Shown here piece by piece: positions 18,161-29,153 of a DNA stretch of 41,200 nucleotides (positions within the stretch are counted from its first letter, which is position 1; each line of letters opens with the position of its first letter). The stretch is taken from the sequence record SRR20825010_1851. One strand, written 5' to 3'. The position numbers and the translations under genes were made by a program. The notes under the pieces are model-generated. The model had not been told where the DNA came from, made no database searches, and worked only from the letters and a program-made list of their open reading frames with translations.

Positions 18161-19704
18161 CTACAGTAGCCTCGCTATACAGTCGGTATCAACGGCTTGG
18201 CTTTTTTGCTTTGGCTTTGGCGGGGCTTTTTGCTGGTTGGTGGGACACTGTCATCCATATCGCGACCATTGTTTGGCGTGATGATACCTATAGCCATGGG
18301 CTTCTGGTGCCGCCGATCACGCTCTGGCTTATCTGGCGCCGCGTCAGCGAGGGTGGAATGCCACCAGCGCGTCTTTTCCTGCCTGCATTTGTCCTGATTC
18401 TGGGCGCCTCGTTGCTCTGGATGCTGGGGCGTGCAATGGAAGCTGGCGTGCTTGAGCATGTTGCGCTTGTTGGCGCGGTGCAGTCGCTGGTGCTGCTGGC
18501 GTTTGGTCCTGCGGTCTACCGGCAAATACTATTCCCCATGCTGTTCCTGTTTCTTGTTATCCCATTCGGCGGGGCGCTTGTTGGGCCGTTACAGAACATC
18601 ACCGCTAAATCCGTAATCTGGGCACTTGGTATTCTGGGCGTGCCTTACCAGGCAGATGGCGTGCTGATTGAGCTTTCAAGCGGGCTTTATGAGGTCGCAC
18701 GTGCTTGCGCTGGCATCAAGTTTCTGTTTACCAGCATGGTTTGCGGTGTGTTGTTGTGCCACTTGGCGCTTGCTTCATGGTGGCGCAGGGCGGTCATGCT
18801 GGTGGTGGCTTTTCTTGTGCCTATTCTTGCCAATGCAATCCGTGTGCTTTCAACTTTGTTGATCGCGGAAGCGACGGATCAGAGTTTCGCGAAAGATGTT
18901 GATCATGTTGTCTATGGCTGGGGGTTCCTGAGCGTTGTTTTACTGATCCTGATCGGTATTGCGTATCGTTTCTCAGACCGGGGAGACCAGGGTAATGAGT
19001 CGGCAGGGGAAAGCCAGCCCAAGCAGGCAATGCCCATGCTCGGTGCAAATGGTTTAGTGGCGGTGACATTTGCCATGCTGTTGCCCATTCTTTCTGGTTT
19101 CTGGATGCATCAGCCCTCAGAAGTCGTGCAACAATGCAAAGTTGCGGACGTCCAGGTGCCTACGTGTGAAGCATGTGGCTTCAGGCCGCTTCCGCGGTTT
19201 GATAACGTGGGGTATGTCGCCTATGAAGCTGCGGACGCTGAATTTCTGCATCTATACCGGGCGGGTGGGAACCGTGTCACTGTTTATGGCGCGCTTTTCC
19301 AGCCTGATCGACCAGAGCACCGGGTTATTCGGGGGTTGGAAAAAGGCCTGCAGAACGACTGGGCGGTACTTACCGGTGCACCGACGAAAAATACTGCTGT
19401 TAACAGGGTACCATTCGAGGAGACTGTGCTCTGGCGGTCTGAGAGAAAAGTACTGTTGTGGCGTGCTTATTTTGCCTCAGGCTCCTTTCATGCTGGCTCG
19501 CTGCCAACCAAGCTCGCATTAGGCAAAGCGCGCCTGTTTGGCGGCGATGCCACTGCAGCGGCATTGATCTTCTCTGTGAACATGGATGACGGCATTGAGA
19601 TTGCCCGTGAAAGGCTGACAAAATTTCTATCGACATTTTCGGCAGATCGGTTTTTATGGAGCCAGCTTAACGAGCCAGAGGGACACGCTATATGTGCGGA
19701 ATAA
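18157..19704 (+). CDS. xrtA: Exosortase A with C-terminal EpsI-like periplasmic domain
   Basis: Multi-TM protein with YSHG motif and intact catalytic triad contexts VARACAG (Cys), ANAIRV (Arg) and DHVVYGW (His), followed by a soluble C-terminal domain. Confidence 0.93.
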   Translation: MTTVASLYSRYQRLGFFALALAGLFAGWWDTVIHIATIVWRDDTYSHGLLVPPITLWLIWRRVSEGGMPPARLFLPAFVLILGASLLWMLGRAMEAGVLEHVALVGAVQSLVLLAFGPAVYRQILFPMLFLFLVIPFGGALVGPLQNITAKSVIWALGILGVPYQADGVLIELSSGLYEVARACAGIKFLFTSMVCGVLLCHLALASWWRRAVMLVVAFLVPILANAIRVLSTLLIAEATDQSFAKDVDHVVYGWGFLSVVLLILIGIAYRFSDRGDQGNESAGESQPKQAMPMLGANGLVAVTFAMLLPILSGFWMHQPSEVVQQCKVADVQVPTCEACGFRPLPRFDNVGYVAYEAADAEFLHLYRAGGNRVTVYGALFQPDRPEHRVIRGLEKGLQNDWAVLTGAPTKNTAVNRVPFEETVLWRSERKVLLWRAYFASGSFHAGSLPTKLALGKARLFGGDATAAALIFSVNMDDGIEIARERLTKFLSTFSADRFLWSQLNEPEGHAICAE

Positions 19705-21584
19705 CGGGGGTGATGATTGCGGGAGACGGCCAGGTTGATCAGGCCAGCCTGCGCCACATGACCAACCTTATCGCGCACCGTGGCCCTGATGATGACGGGT
19801 TCTTCTTTGGTGCGGGTGTCGCCTTTGGCCATCGCAGGCTGTCAATTATTGATGCGGAAGGTGGCCATCAGCCCATGTTCAGCCCAGACGAGCGTGTGGT
19901 GCTGACCTATAACGGCGAGATATATAACTTCCAGCAGCTCCGGCGTGAGTTAGAGAACCTCGGTCATCGGTTCAAAACGAGCAGCGATACGGAAGTGTTG
20001 CTTACCAGCTATCTGGAGTGGGGCGCAGACTGTGTGAACCGTTTCCGTGGCATGTTTGCCTTTGCCGTTTGGGATACTCGTACACAGGAACTGTTCCTGG
20101 CGCGGGACCGGTTGGGCATTAAACCACTTTATTACAGCACGTTACCGGATGGCACGTTCATTTTCGCGTCTGAGCTCAAGTCACTTGTGGCTTACCCTGG
20201 CATTCGGAAAAAGCTCAGGATCGATGCGCTCGAAGATTATATGGCTCTTGGTTATGTGCCTGATCCCAAATCCATACTCGACGGGTTTGACAAGCTGCCT
20301 CCCGCGCATACATTGACGGTGAACAAAGTAACTGGCCAGCAGCGCATGCGCGCTTACTGGAACTTGGATGTTGTTACCCCCGCTGTTGGTGACGAGCAGC
20401 CCGGCGAACTGATTGAGCGACTGGAGGAGGCTGTAAAGCTGCGGATGATTGCAGATGTGCCTCTCGGTTCCTTTCTCTCCGGTGGTATCGATTCAAGCAC
20501 TGTTGTTGGCTTGATGAGTCGCAACAACCCTGACCCAATTGAAACCTGCGCTATTGGCTCTGATGATCCGCTGTTTGATGAAAGTGGCCATGCACAGCTG
20601 GTATCAGACCATTTTGGCACGCACCACCGGCTTCGCCTTGCTTCCGCACGGGACGGGGAACTGATTGATACGATGGCAGAGGTGTATGACGAGCCTTTTG
20701 CCGATATGTCGGCGCTTCCGACCTACAGGGTCTGCGCACTGGCGCGAGAAAAGGTAAAAGTTGCACTTTCAGGTGATGGCGGCGATGAGCTTTTCGCCGG
20801 ATATCGCCGTTACCGTTTCCATATGATGGAAGAGGAATTGCGCTCACGCGTGCCGCTCGCGATCCGGCGGCCGATATTCGGCGCTTTAGGTGCCATTTAT
20901 CCCAAATTGGACCGTGCGCCGCAGTTCCTGCGCGCGAAATCTACCTTTGAGGCACTGGCACGTACCTCGGCTGAAGCTTATTGCCAATCTGTCAGCAAAA
21001 CGCCGGATAGTGTGCGCCTGAGGCTTTATACTCAGAAGATGCACAACCGCCTGTTTGGATACCACCCGCATGACCGCTTTAAGAAGTTGGCGGCAGAAGT
21101 GCATGGGGCCCACCCGCTTTCCGTTGTGCAGTATATAGATTTCAAGACTTATCTGCCGGGGGACATTCTGACCAAAGTAGACCGGGCGAGCATGGCGCAC
21201 TCACTTGAAGTGCGCGTACCGCTTCTCGACCATAAGTTTGTTGAGTGGGGGCTTCGGCTGGACCCTGAAAGCAGGATTAGGGACGGCGTTGGCAAGGCAG
21301 TGTTCAAGGATGCTGTGCGCGGTATATTGCCGGATGCTATTATCGACCGACCGAAAAAGGGCTTTGATATCCCGATGGCGAGCTGGCTGAGGGCAGAGCT
21401 TGCACCTGAGCTTGCCAAGCTGCAGCAGAGTGAACGGCTTCTTGACCTGGGTGTGTTTGACCGTAAGGCGCTCGGGAAACTTGTTGATGAGCATCTGACA
21501 GAGAAAAGGGACCACCATACCAGTCTGTGGTCCCTCATTATGCTTGATAAAAGCCTTGAGCGGCTGGATGTAAGCTACAGCTAG
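19692..21584 (+). CDS. Asparagine synthetase-like glutamine amidotransferase, XrtA system (TIGR03108-like)
   Basis: MCGI N-terminal nucleophile, HRGPD, GHRRLSIID, NGEIYN, LSGGIDSS, SGDGGDELF, KVDRASMAHSLEVRVP. Confidence 0.95.
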   Translation: MCGITGVMIAGDGQVDQASLRHMTNLIAHRGPDDDGFFFGAGVAFGHRRLSIIDAEGGHQPMFSPDERVVLTYNGEIYNFQQLRRELENLGHRFKTSSDTEVLLTSYLEWGADCVNRFRGMFAFAVWDTRTQELFLARDRLGIKPLYYSTLPDGTFIFASELKSLVAYPGIRKKLRIDALEDYMALGYVPDPKSILDGFDKLPPAHTLTVNKVTGQQRMRAYWNLDVVTPAVGDEQPGELIERLEEAVKLRMIADVPLGSFLSGGIDSSTVVGLMSRNNPDPIETCAIGSDDPLFDESGHAQLVSDHFGTHHRLRLASARDGELIDTMAEVYDEPFADMSALPTYRVCALAREKVKVALSGDGGDELFAGYRRYRFHMMEEELRSRVPLAIRRPIFGALGAIYPKLDRAPQFLRAKSTFEALARTSAEAYCQSVSKTPDSVRLRLYTQKMHNRLFGYHPHDRFKKLAAEVHGAHPLSVVQYIDFKTYLPGDILTKVDRASMAHSLEVRVPLLDHKFVEWGLRLDPESRIRDGVGKAVFKDAVRGILPDAIIDRPKKGFDIPMASWLRAELAPELAKLQQSERLLDLGVFDRKALGKLVDEHLTEKRDHHTSLWSLIMLDKSLERLDVSYS

Positions 21585-21604
21585 CCGTCTGGTCTTCCGG
21601 GTTC

Positions 21605-22294
21605 TTACATCCGGCTGTCGAGTGCGTAACCCGCAGAGCGAACCGTGCGGATATAGTCACTGGTGCTGTCAAAGTTCATGGCTTTACGCAAGCGACGAAT
21701 GTGTACGTCCACAGTGCGTGGTTCCACATAGACATCATGGCCCCAGACACTGTCGAGCAGTTGCTCACGCGAGAAAACACGGCCGGGGTTTTCCATGAAG
21801 TGCCGGAGCAGCCGATATTCTGTTGGGCCAAGGTGCACGAGCGCATCACCTCGGGTAACCCGATGGGATACATTATCAAGCACGATATCTTCAAAGCGAA
21901 GCTGTTGGCCAGCAAGGGCAGGGCGTACCCTGCGGAGCACAGCCTGAATGCGCGCAATAAGTTCCTTTGGTGAGAACGGCTTGACGATATAGTCGTCGGC
22001 ACCGGTCTCAAGCCCGCGAATACGGTCAGGTTCATCTGCGCGCGCGGTCAGCATTATAATAGGAACGTTTGCCGTTTCTGTATTACGGCGAAGCTGGCGA
22101 CAGATCTCAAGGCCGGAAAGGTTTGGCAGCATCCAGTCAAGCAGGATGATGTCTGGCGCTTCCTGTGTTGCGCGGTAAAGGCCATCTTCGCCATCGGCTA
22201 CGGCTTCAACGGTATAGTCAGCACGTTCGAGGTTGTAACGCACAAGCTCGGTGATGCTCTCATCATCTTCGATCAATAAAACACGGGTCTTCAC
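21605..22294 (-). CDS. phoB: Phosphate regulon response regulator PhoB
   Basis: Receiver domain LLDWMLP, GADDY, LGPTEYRLL, RTVDVHIRRLRK; lies in the pst operon. Confidence 0.97.
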   Translation of the reverse strand: MKTRVLLIEDDESITELVRYNLERADYTVEAVADGEDGLYRATQEAPDIILLDWMLPNLSGLEICRQLRRNTETANVPIIMLTARADEPDRIRGLETGADDYIVKPFSPKELIARIQAVLRRVRPALAGQQLRFEDIVLDNVSHRVTRGDALVHLGPTEYRLLRHFMENPGRVFSREQLLDSVWGHDVYVEPRTVDVHIRRLRKAMNFDSTSDYIRTVRSAGYALDSRM

Positions 22295-22320
22295 TGGGCT
22301 TTGCCTCCGATAACCAAACG

Positions 22321-23031
22321 TTATTTCTCTTCAACCAGCTCGGTGCTGGTGAAATCCTGTTTGGGGCGCCGGGCATCTTCGAGCATGATCCCGGTTATGG
22401 TGTAATAAACTTGTTCTGCGATATTGGTTGCCTGATCGCCGATACGTTCGAGGTTCTTTGCGATCATCAGGAAGTGGGTCAGCGCACCAATCTGGCTTGG
22501 GTTTTCCATCATACGTGCAAGGATTTGCCGGTAAGCAGCGTTGTGGAGGTTATCGAGCGCTTCGTCACGTTCCCAAACCTCCATCGCGGCTTCCGCATCG
22601 CGGTGCACAAAGCTGTCCATCACATCCTGGATCATACGGCGGGCTTCGCCGCTCATCTGTTCCAGAAGAGGGGGCATGACAACAGGCGCCCCTTCCGTGA
22701 CGGCAAGTGTGCGCTTGGCGATGTTTTTGGCATAGTCACCAATACGTTCGATAATGCCGGTCATCTTGAGAGCCGCAATCACCTCACGCAGGTCGTCTGC
22801 CACCGGTGCGCGGCGGGCGAAAACGCCAATAGCCGTACGCTCAGCTTGCAGCTCAAGCTGGTCGAGCGCTTTATCGCTGCTGCGCACATGCCATGCGCCG
22901 TCAACGTCACATTCCTTGAGTGCCTTCATCGCGGCAACGAGCTGTTCTTCTGCGAGGCCGCCCATGCGGCTCACAATACTGCGCAGCTCTTTCAGTTCGT
23001 CGTCGTAGGCTTTTACAATGTGGTCATTCAT
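22321..23031 (-). CDS. phoU: Phosphate signalling protein PhoU
   Basis: HIVKAYDDEL, PVADDLR, ERIGDYAKNIAKR, KNLERIGDQATNIAE. Confidence 0.97.
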   Translation of the reverse strand: MNDHIVKAYDDELKELRSIVSRMGGLAEEQLVAAMKALKECDVDGAWHVRSSDKALDQLELQAERTAIGVFARRAPVADDLREVIAALKMTGIIERIGDYAKNIAKRTLAVTEGAPVVMPPLLEQMSGEARRMIQDVMDSFVHRDAEAAMEVWERDEALDNLHNAAYRQILARMMENPSQIGALTHFLMIAKNLERIGDQATNIAEQVYYTITGIMLEDARRPKQDFTSTELVEEK

Positions 23032-23042
23032 GTCAATTTGTC

Positions 23043-23843
23043 CTAACCGAAGCGGCCAGTAATATAGTCGCGGGTGCGCTCTTCTTTGGGCGCTGTGAAT
23101 ATTTGCGTTGTATCGCCGTGTTCCACAAGGTCACCCATGTGGAAGAAGGCGGTTTTCTGCGAGATGCGCGCCGCCTGCTGCATGCTGTGCGTCACGATGA
23201 TAATGGCGTAGCGGCCCTTAAGTTCATCGATCAGGGCTTCTACTTTTGCAGTGGCGATCGGGTCGAGGGCAGAGCAAGGCTCATCCATCAGGATCACCTC
23301 AGGGTTCACAGCAATGGCGCGCGCAATACAAAGGCGCTGTTGCTGGCCACCAGATAGTGCGGTACCCGGGCTATCAAGTCTGTCTTTTACCTCTGCCCAC
23401 AACCCGGCTTTTTCGAGTGCCACGGCAACAATCTCATCAAGGTCGGCGCGTTCACGGGCGAGGCCATGGATACGAGGACCGTAGGCGATATTATCATAGA
23501 TCGACTTCGGGAAAGGGTTCGGTTTCTGGAAAACCATGCCAACCCGGGCGCGTAGTTGCACCACATCGATCTGCGGATCGTAGATATCGTCTCCATCCAA
23601 TGTGATTTTACCTTCAACCCGGCAGCTTGCTACCGTATCGTTCATCCGGTTCAAACAGCGCAGGAAGGTTGATTTTCCACAGCCAGAAGGGCCGATCAGC
23701 GCGGTGACCTCATCACGGTAGAGATCAAGAGAAATGCCTTTTACCGCGTGATTGTCAGCATAAAAAACATTCACGTCTTTAGCGGCCATTTTGGGCGTAC
23801 GAGGTTCTGTCATTGCGTCCACTTTTGTTGCCATATCAAGCAT
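23043..23843 (-). CDS. pstB: Phosphate ABC transporter ATPase PstB
   Basis: [47 protein letters not shown]. Start set at the ATG just after the pstA stop. Confidence 0.97.
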   Translation of the reverse strand: MLDMATKVDAMTEPRTPKMAAKDVNVFYADNHAVKGISLDLYRDEVTALIGPSGCGKSTFLRCLNRMNDTVASCRVEGKITLDGDDIYDPQIDVVQLRARVGMVFQKPNPFPKSIYDNIAYGPRIHGLARERADLDEIVAVALEKAGLWAEVKDRLDSPGTALSGGQQQRLCIARAIAVNPEVILMDEPCSALDPIATAKVEALIDELKGRYAIIIVTHSMQQAARISQKTAFFHMGDLVEHGDTTQIFTAPKEERTRDYITGRFG

Positions 23844-23844
23844 C

Positions 23845-25161
23845 TTACCACTGCCGTTCAAATTTTTGACGGAGCCAGATAGCCACCCCGTTCATCGAAA
23901 TAAGGAATGCCAGCAGCACCATAATAGCGGCTGACGTTTTTTCTACAAATGCCCGTTCAGGACTATCTGCCCAAAGGAAGATCTGAACCGGCAGCGCAGT
24001 CGCTGCGTCAGAGAATCCTCCTGGGATATCAACAATAAAGGCCACCATGCCAATCATCAGCAGTGGTGCTGTCTCACCAAGGGCCTGTGCCATACCAATA
24101 ATCGTGCCTGTAAGGATGCCAGGCATCGCAAGCGGCACCACATGGTGGAAAACCACCTGCATGGGCGATGCGCCCAACCCGCGGGCTGCATCACGAATGG
24201 ACGGAGGTACAGCCTTGATGGAGGCGCGGGAGGCGATAATGATGGTTGGTAGTGTCATAAGCGCCAGTGTCAGGCCACCAACGAGCGGGGCCGAGCGTGG
24301 CAGGTGCATGACACCCAGGAAAACCGCAAGCCCAAGCAGGCCAAACACAATTGAGGGCACAGCCGCCAGGTTGTTGATGTTGATCTCAATAATATCGGTG
24401 AGGCGGTTTTGCGGCGCAAACTCCTCAAGGTAAATTGCCGTCAGCACCCCAATAGGGAAGGCGATGAGTAGTGTTACGACCAAGGTTAAAGCTGAGCCCA
24501 CGGTTGCGCCCCATATGCCTGCAAGCTCAGGATCGCGAGAATCGCCGTTCGTAAAGAAGGCAAAGTGGAAATTCAGCGATACGCGGTCTTCTTCAAAAAG
24601 TTTCTGATACCAGCCAAGCTCTTTGTCTTTCACCTTACGGTTACTTTCCGGCAGGCTGGCGTCGATTTTACCCTTGCGAAGCTGATCGATGTCATCGGCG
24701 GCAAGAATGCGCACACGCTTGGTCGAGCCTACAATCGCAGGCGTTTCAAGGACCATGTTGCGCAGTTGCTCGCGTGCGCCGCCGCTAATCATGCGGAGAA
24801 GGGCGCGGCGATCCCTGCGGCTCTCAACTTCGGGGAAATAATCTGTGAGCGAGGCGTCAATGACCCGGATCATATTGGCTTTTCGAACACTTTCTTCGAA
24901 CGCTTTGGCATCCATGGCGCGCGGGTCACCTAGAATTTCAGCGCTAAAGGTAATGTCGAGGTCGAGGCTTGTCTGCATGAAACCCATGGAGCCATCGCGC
25001 ACAATTTTGCCGATAAGGAGAAACAGGAACATGGAAGCCATCGCGATGGCAAAAATGCCGAGATAACGGAAATTGCGGTCGCGACGATAGCGGCGGCGAA
25101 TACGCGCCTTCATCTCGGGCGATTTCCAGTTGGTTGGTTCAAACTCTGTGGCGTTAGACAT
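23845..25161 (-). CDS. pstA: Phosphate ABC transporter permease PstA
   Basis: [32 protein letters not shown]. Confidence 0.96.
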   Translation of the reverse strand: MSNATEFEPTNWKSPEMKARIRRRYRRDRNFRYLGIFAIAMASMFLFLLIGKIVRDGSMGFMQTSLDLDITFSAEILGDPRAMDAKAFEESVRKANMIRVIDASLTDYFPEVESRRDRRALLRMISGGAREQLRNMVLETPAIVGSTKRVRILAADDIDQLRKGKIDASLPESNRKVKDKELGWYQKLFEEDRVSLNFHFAFFTNGDSRDPELAGIWGATVGSALTLVVTLLIAFPIGVLTAIYLEEFAPQNRLTDIIEININNLAAVPSIVFGLLGLAVFLGVMHLPRSAPLVGGLTLALMTLPTIIIASRASIKAVPPSIRDAARGLGASPMQVVFHHVVPLAMPGILTGTIIGMAQALGETAPLLMIGMVAFIVDIPGGFSDAATALPVQIFLWADSPERAFVEKTSAAIMVLLAFLISMNGVAIWLRQKFERQW

Positions 25162-25172
25162 AGATACCAGCC

Positions 25173-26558
25173 TTAATCATATGCTTCGCGGTACTTGCGT
25201 ACGATGCGAAGTGCAAAAACATTGAGCGCCATGGTGGAAATAAAGAGCGCAAGACCAAGGGCGAAGGCCGACAGCGTTTTGGCGCTATCAAACTCCTGGT
25301 CGCCGGTCAGAAGTGCAACAATCTGTACGGTAACGGTGGTTACGGCCTCAAACGGGTTGGCGGTTAGGTTTGGCTGCATACCTGCGGCCATCACCACGAT
25401 CATGGTTTCACCAACCGCGCGGCTTACAGCCAGGAGGAAAGCCCCCACGATACCCGGGAGCGCTGCAGGCAGCAGCACGTTCACGATTGTTTCAGAACGG
25501 GTTGCACCAAGAGCGAGCGAGCCGTCCTTGAGTGAGTTGGGAACCGCCGTAATTGCATCATCAGAAAGCGATGATACAAACGGGATAATCATGATGCCCA
25601 TCACAAAGCCTGCTGCGAGCGCGCTTTCACTGGCAATTTCAACACCGATGAAATCGCCTGCGTCCCGGAAGAACGGAGCGACGGTGAGGGCGGCAAAGAA
25701 GCCGTATACAACAGTTGGCACACCAGCGAGTACTTCAAGGACTGGTTTCGCGATTTTGCGGACCCGAGAGCTTGCGTATTGTGTCAGATAGATTGCCGAA
25801 AAGAGACCGATGGGCCCGGCAACCATCATGGCGAGGAAGCTGATGAGAAGGGTGCCAGCAAACAGTGGTACCGCGCCAAACGCGCCCGCTGCGGCAACCT
25901 GGTCGGCGCGCAGGGCTGTTTGGGGGCTCCAGTGCAAGCCAAAGACAAAATCAACGACTGAGATTTCCTGAAAGAAGCGCAGGCTTTCAAACAGTAGCGA
26001 GGCAACGATTCCGATTGTGGTTACAATCGCGATCACAGAACTCAGCACCAGCATCACAGTCATCACACGCTCAAAAGAATTGCGCGCGCGGAAGTCTGGT
26101 GAAGTTTTGTTGGTCGCGAAGAAAATACCGATCAGGCCGAAGGCAACTGAAAGCGCAAACGCTGCCCATATACCCTTTAGGTACAAGGCGTGAAAGTGTT
26201 GGGCCGCGGCTAAAATGTCCGGGTTTTTCTCGTTGCCGCCTGAATTCTCAACAGCGAGCCGGATACGGTTCAAAATCAGGTTGGCTTGTTCTTGATACTG
26301 CGCCGCCAGATTGTCGGGCAGGCCTGAAATCATCAGGCCCTCAATGATATTTTTGCCAAAAATGACCCAGGCTAGAAAGACAGCCAAGCCAGGGATTAGC
26401 GCGCAAACAGCAGCATAGTAGCCATAATGCCGGGGAAGGCTGTGGAGTTTGGATGTATCGCCCGACACCGATGCAAGCGACCGCTGACGCACGGTAGCAA
26501 AGGCAATAATTGCCAGTAGAACGATGGTCAGGAAAATGGCGGCACTCGTCATCGTCAT
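25173..26558 (-). CDS. pstC: Phosphate ABC transporter permease PstC
   Basis: LAGVPTVVYGFFA, SLALGAT, SRAVGETMIV. Confidence 0.96.
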   Translation of the reverse strand: MTMTSAAIFLTIVLLAIIAFATVRQRSLASVSGDTSKLHSLPRHYGYYAAVCALIPGLAVFLAWVIFGKNIIEGLMISGLPDNLAAQYQEQANLILNRIRLAVENSGGNEKNPDILAAAQHFHALYLKGIWAAFALSVAFGLIGIFFATNKTSPDFRARNSFERVMTVMLVLSSVIAIVTTIGIVASLLFESLRFFQEISVVDFVFGLHWSPQTALRADQVAAAGAFGAVPLFAGTLLISFLAMMVAGPIGLFSAIYLTQYASSRVRKIAKPVLEVLAGVPTVVYGFFAALTVAPFFRDAGDFIGVEIASESALAAGFVMGIMIIPFVSSLSDDAITAVPNSLKDGSLALGATRSETIVNVLLPAALPGIVGAFLLAVSRAVGETMIVVMAAGMQPNLTANPFEAVTTVTVQIVALLTGDQEFDSAKTLSAFALGLALFISTMALNVFALRIVRKYREAYD

Positions 26559-26604
26559 CAGCCTCTACTCGTGCCGCTAACTATATTCGGCACTGATTTG
26601 GTGG

Positions 26605-26645
26605 TTTGGGACGACAACAAGCTTAAGGGCTGTAACCGTCCCAAA
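26605..26645 (-). other. Intercistronic stem-loop between pstS and pstC (likely mRNA stabiliser/attenuator)
   Basis: Inverted repeat TTTGGGACG (26605-26613) / CGTCCCAAA (26637-26645), with further G-U pairing inside on the minus-strand RNA. Confidence 0.65.
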
Positions 26646-26658
26646 GTGGATTTTTACC

Positions 26659-27729
26659 TTAGTCCAGAGAGAGGTTTGTCAATGCTGCTGCATCATCAGC
26701 AAACTTTTGACGCTCTTCCTCTGAAAGCGGGATCAGGCCACGATCAGTGAGGTAGCCAAAGTCACCCCAAGCTTTGTCGCTTGTAAACTCGCCAAGATAC
26801 TCACGGATACCCGGTACCACGTCAACATGCGCTTTCTTCACATAAAAGTAGAGTGAACGCGAGATTGAGTAGCTGCCTTCCGAGATGGCTTCGAATGTGG
26901 GTTCAACCGCATCGGCGCCTTCCCCCACAGGGTAGGCTTTGATGGCATCTGCGTTTTGGTCAAGGAAGCTGAAGCCAAATACACCGATTGCTTCGTTGTT
27001 AGCTTGCAGCTTTTGAACGATGAGGTTGTCGTTCTCGCCGGCTTCCACATAAGCACCGTCTTCGCGGATACCACGGCAATAAGCTTTGTATGCATTGCCG
27101 TCTGAAGATTTGAGGGCTTTCATGCCTTCGAAAGTCTTACACCCTGCTTCGATCGCCAACTCGTTGAACGCGTCACGCGTACCGGAGGTTGGGGGAGGAC
27201 CGAGAACCACGATTGGCCGGTTTGGCAAGCTTGCGTTTACATCAGCCCATGTTTTGTATGGGTTGTCGATCATGTTGCCAGCGCCGCCTTCAGTGCCGGG
27301 CGCAGGTACCTTTGCAGCCAAGGCGAGGTAAAGTTCGCGTAGGGAGATCGTCATGTCAGGCGCGCTTTTGTCTGCTGCCAGAACGATACCGTCAAAACCG
27401 ATCTTTACTTCTACGACGTTTGTAACGCCGTTTTTTGCGCAAAGGTCCACCTCAGACTGCTTGATACGACGTGAGGCGTTGGTGATGTCCGGGTGGTTAG
27501 TGCCGATGCCGGAGCAGAACAGTTTCAAACCGCCACCGGAACCTGTTGATTCGACGATGGGGGTTTTAAAGGTTGAAGTCCGCCCGAATTCTTCCGCCAC
27601 AGCTGTGGAGAAGGGAAATACGGTCGAGGATCCAACGATACGGATCTGGTCCCGCGACTGGGCTTGAGCGCCCGAAGATGCAAAAAGGGCTGCCCCAGCA
27701 ACGGCAGCCACAAAAGCGAATTTTTTCAT
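26659..27729 (-). CDS. pstS: Phosphate ABC transporter substrate-binding protein PstS
   Basis: Signal peptide MKKFAF...AQA, VGSSTVFP, ESTGSGGGLKLFC, GPPPTSGTRD; GGAGA RBS precedes ATG at 27729. Confidence 0.96.
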   Translation of the reverse strand: MKKFAFVAAVAGAALFASSGAQAQSRDQIRIVGSSTVFPFSTAVAEEFGRTSTFKTPIVESTGSGGGLKLFCSGIGTNHPDITNASRRIKQSEVDLCAKNGVTNVVEVKIGFDGIVLAADKSAPDMTISLRELYLALAAKVPAPGTEGGAGNMIDNPYKTWADVNASLPNRPIVVLGPPPTSGTRDAFNELAIEAGCKTFEGMKALKSSDGNAYKAYCRGIREDGAYVEAGENDNLIVQKLQANNEAIGVFGFSFLDQNADAIKAYPVGEGADAVEPTFEAISEGSYSISRSLYFYVKKAHVDVVPGIREYLGEFTSDKAWGDFGYLTDRGLIPLSEEERQKFADDAAALTNLSLD

Positions 27730-27846
27730 GTCAGTTTCTCCAGGCCACATTCTCGCGGCAATAACTCTGGTTCCTGTGTTGCTGGACCACTCTAGCTCAT
27801 GATTGTTTAGCTTTTATGCCAGCAGGCGTAGGCTTACGCGTGGAAT

Positions 27847-27864
27847 GTTACAGGAAAATGACAC
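27847..27864 (-). promoter_or_regulatory. Pho box upstream of pstS
   Basis: Minus strand GTGTCAT-TTTC-CTGTAAC fits the CTGTCAT-N4-CTGTCAT 11-bp direct repeat. Confidence 0.75.
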
Positions 27865-29153
27865 TATGAATTTTCGTCTTTCTTTTGCGGTATAGGCAAC
27901 TTGAAGCTGAAAACTGTACCCTTGCCAAGTTGACTTTTGATATCGAGCCCACTGTTGTGCCGGAGAAGGATATGTTTCACGATTGCTAATCCGAGACCGG
28001 TTCCCCCCATCTTGCGTGAACGCGCGGTGTCAACACGGTAGAAACGCTCTGTAAGACGTGCCAGATGTTCCTGTGCAATACCGGGGCCTTCGTCGGTGAT
28101 CGATAGCAGGGCGTGCTTGCCCGTACGGCCCACTTCCGCTTTTACATGTACCTTGGTGTTAGGGTCAGAATATTTGGCGGCGTTCGTCAAAAGGTTAAGG
28201 AAAACCTGGGTTATTTGATCACTGTCGGCAACAACGTCCTGCACATTTTCTTCGTGCTCATAGGTAAACTCTACGCCTCGTTCAGCTGCGATTCCCTTGA
28301 CGGAATTTATGACGCTTCCGACAAGTTTATTGATGTCAGTGACAGCATTTGGCGCCATATAGCGTGTCATCTCAATACGAGAGAGCGAGAGCAGGTCATC
28401 GATCAAACGGACCATACGCTCGGCTTCGGTTTGCATGATGCCAAGGAAGCGCTTGTGGGCATCCAAATCACCAACCGCAGGACCTCGAAGTGTTTCAATG
28501 AAGCCTAAAACGGAGGTGAGCGGGGTGCGAAGCTCATGGCTTGCGTTTGCAACAAAGTCTGCCCGCATGCGTTCGGTTCGTAACAAACTTGTCACTTCAT
28601 AGAAATATACGATCGCACGCACGCCATCGTTCATTTTTTTGCCAGCCAGCACGGGGGCAACGGTTACATCGAAGCTGCGTTCCTTGCTAGTGGTGTAGCG
28701 GATAACGCCAAAGTCCCCAAAGCGGCCCTCAAGGATGTTATCCAGCGCTGTCACAAAGTTTGACTGGCGCAGGTAAAGAAACACCTCATTGCCATCAATA
28801 TCAGTGCCCAACAGCTCCCGCGCAGATTCGTTTGCGAAGGCTATTTTCTTGTCCGCGTCTACTAGCAAGAGAGGGGAAGGCAGTCTGTCAAGCGCGCTGG
28901 CACCTAAAAGTACAGACGTTCCGGTCTTGGATTTTCGTTTCTCGCGGATCGCAGAACGGCGGTTTTCCAAGCGTTCCATGCGGCGCTTTATCTCAAGCTG
29001 TAACAAAAATGCGACAGCCACGGCGCCAACAAAAAAGGCACCAACAAACGTGACTTGTCCGACAGACCACATCAGCGCCAGTGTGAAGATTACAGCGGCG
29101 ACAGTGGATCTCTCCGTCAGGAGGCCTTGATACTCTTTAAAGGGTTCGTTCAT
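27864..29153 (-). CDS. phoR: Phosphate regulon sensor histidine kinase PhoR
   Basis: TM segments, PAS domain, H-box DFVANASHELRTPL, NLLTNAAKY, ERFYRVD...GGTGLGLAIVKH. Confidence 0.95.
   Translation of the reverse strand: MNEPFKEYQGLLTERSTVAAVIFTLALMWSVGQVTFVGAFFVGAVAVAFLLQLEIKRRMERLENRRSAIREKRKSKTGTSVLLGASALDRLPSPLLLVDADKKIAFANESARELLGTDIDGNEVFLYLRQSNFVTALDNILEGRFGDFGVIRYTTSKERSFDVTVAPVLAGKKMNDGVRAIVYFYEVTSLLRTERMRADFVANASHELRTPLTSVLGFIETLRGPAVGDLDAHKRFLGIMQTEAERMVRLIDDLLSLSRIEMTRYMAPNAVTDINKLVGSVINSVKGIAAERGVEFTYEHEENVQDVVADSDQITQVFLNLLTNAAKYSDPNTKVHVKAEVGRTGKHALLSITDEGPGIAQEHLARLTERFYRVDTARSRKMGGTGLGLAIVKHILLRHNSGLDIKSQLGKGTVFSFKLPIPQKKDENS

Noticed and set aside
19692-21584. Asparagine synthetase homolog as the lasso cyclase for the RRE/kinase cassette
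   Set aside because: It has an intact MCGI glutaminase domain, is translationally coupled to xrtA, lies 8 kb away, and no B2 protease or lasso-type precursor is visible.
21701-29130. Many + strand ORFs of 80-210 aa across the pho/pst operon
   Set aside because: Antisense shadows of well-conserved genes, with no independent motifs.
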